In this document: positions 19,900 through 20,000 of the stretch, one piece after another | Layout: each line of letters opens with the position of its first letter | How positions within the stretch are numbered: the stretch's first letter is position 1 | Source: Novakomyces olei | Taxonomy: Eukaryota | Assembly (NCBI GenBank): GCA_016906335.1 | Contig: JADEYG010000003.1 | Coordinates: 1,718,138 to 1,738,137, forward strand | Direction of reading: 5' to 3' | DNA length: 20,000 nt | Program-made: the position numbers and the translations under genes | Notes under the pieces: generated by a model | Databases searched by the model: none | Told to the model about the DNA's origin: nothing | The model's input: the letters and a program-made list of their open reading frames with translations, nothing else

Positions 19900-20000
19900 A
19901 GGGTTAGGGTTAGTTAGGGTTAGTTAGGGTTAGTTAGGGTTAGTTAGGGTTAGTTAGGGTTAGTTAGGGTTAGTTAGGGTTAGTTAGGGTTAGTTAGGGT
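19900..20000 (+). repeat. Telomeric array, 10-bp unit TTAGTTAGGG
   Basis: About 10 perfect tandem units running to the window end; G-rich strand points 5'->3' outward. Confidence 0.93.

Overview
Fungal-type chromosome end, with the telomere G-strand on +. From left to right: (1) a decayed Ty3/gypsy integrase (E0, minus strand), interrupted by a complete 5.2-kb chromovirus LTR retrotransposon (E1, 310-5531, minus, TSD GCTCC). (2) E0 breaks off directly into a short interstitial telomere tract (6247-6273). (3) A subtelomeric module bounded by ~355-bp direct repeats and C-poor satellites. It carries one intronless 901-codon gene of unknown function and an upstream inverted-repeat cluster. (4) That gene is split by a second complete chromovirus (E2, 9686-16150, plus, TSD CACAG). 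(5) A terminal (TTAGTTAGGG)n telomere array. The standout is a third intact ORF inside E2, between pol and the PPT, encoding NLS + C2H2 zinc finger + JmjC domain with KDM2/JHDM1-like catalytic spacing. This makes E2 an LTR retrotransposon carrying both a chromodomain reader and a putative histone demethylase. Both elements show a Tf1-type self-priming PBS and a -1 gag-pol frameshift signal with a covarying 29-nt hairpin. All calls are by eye; no searches were run.
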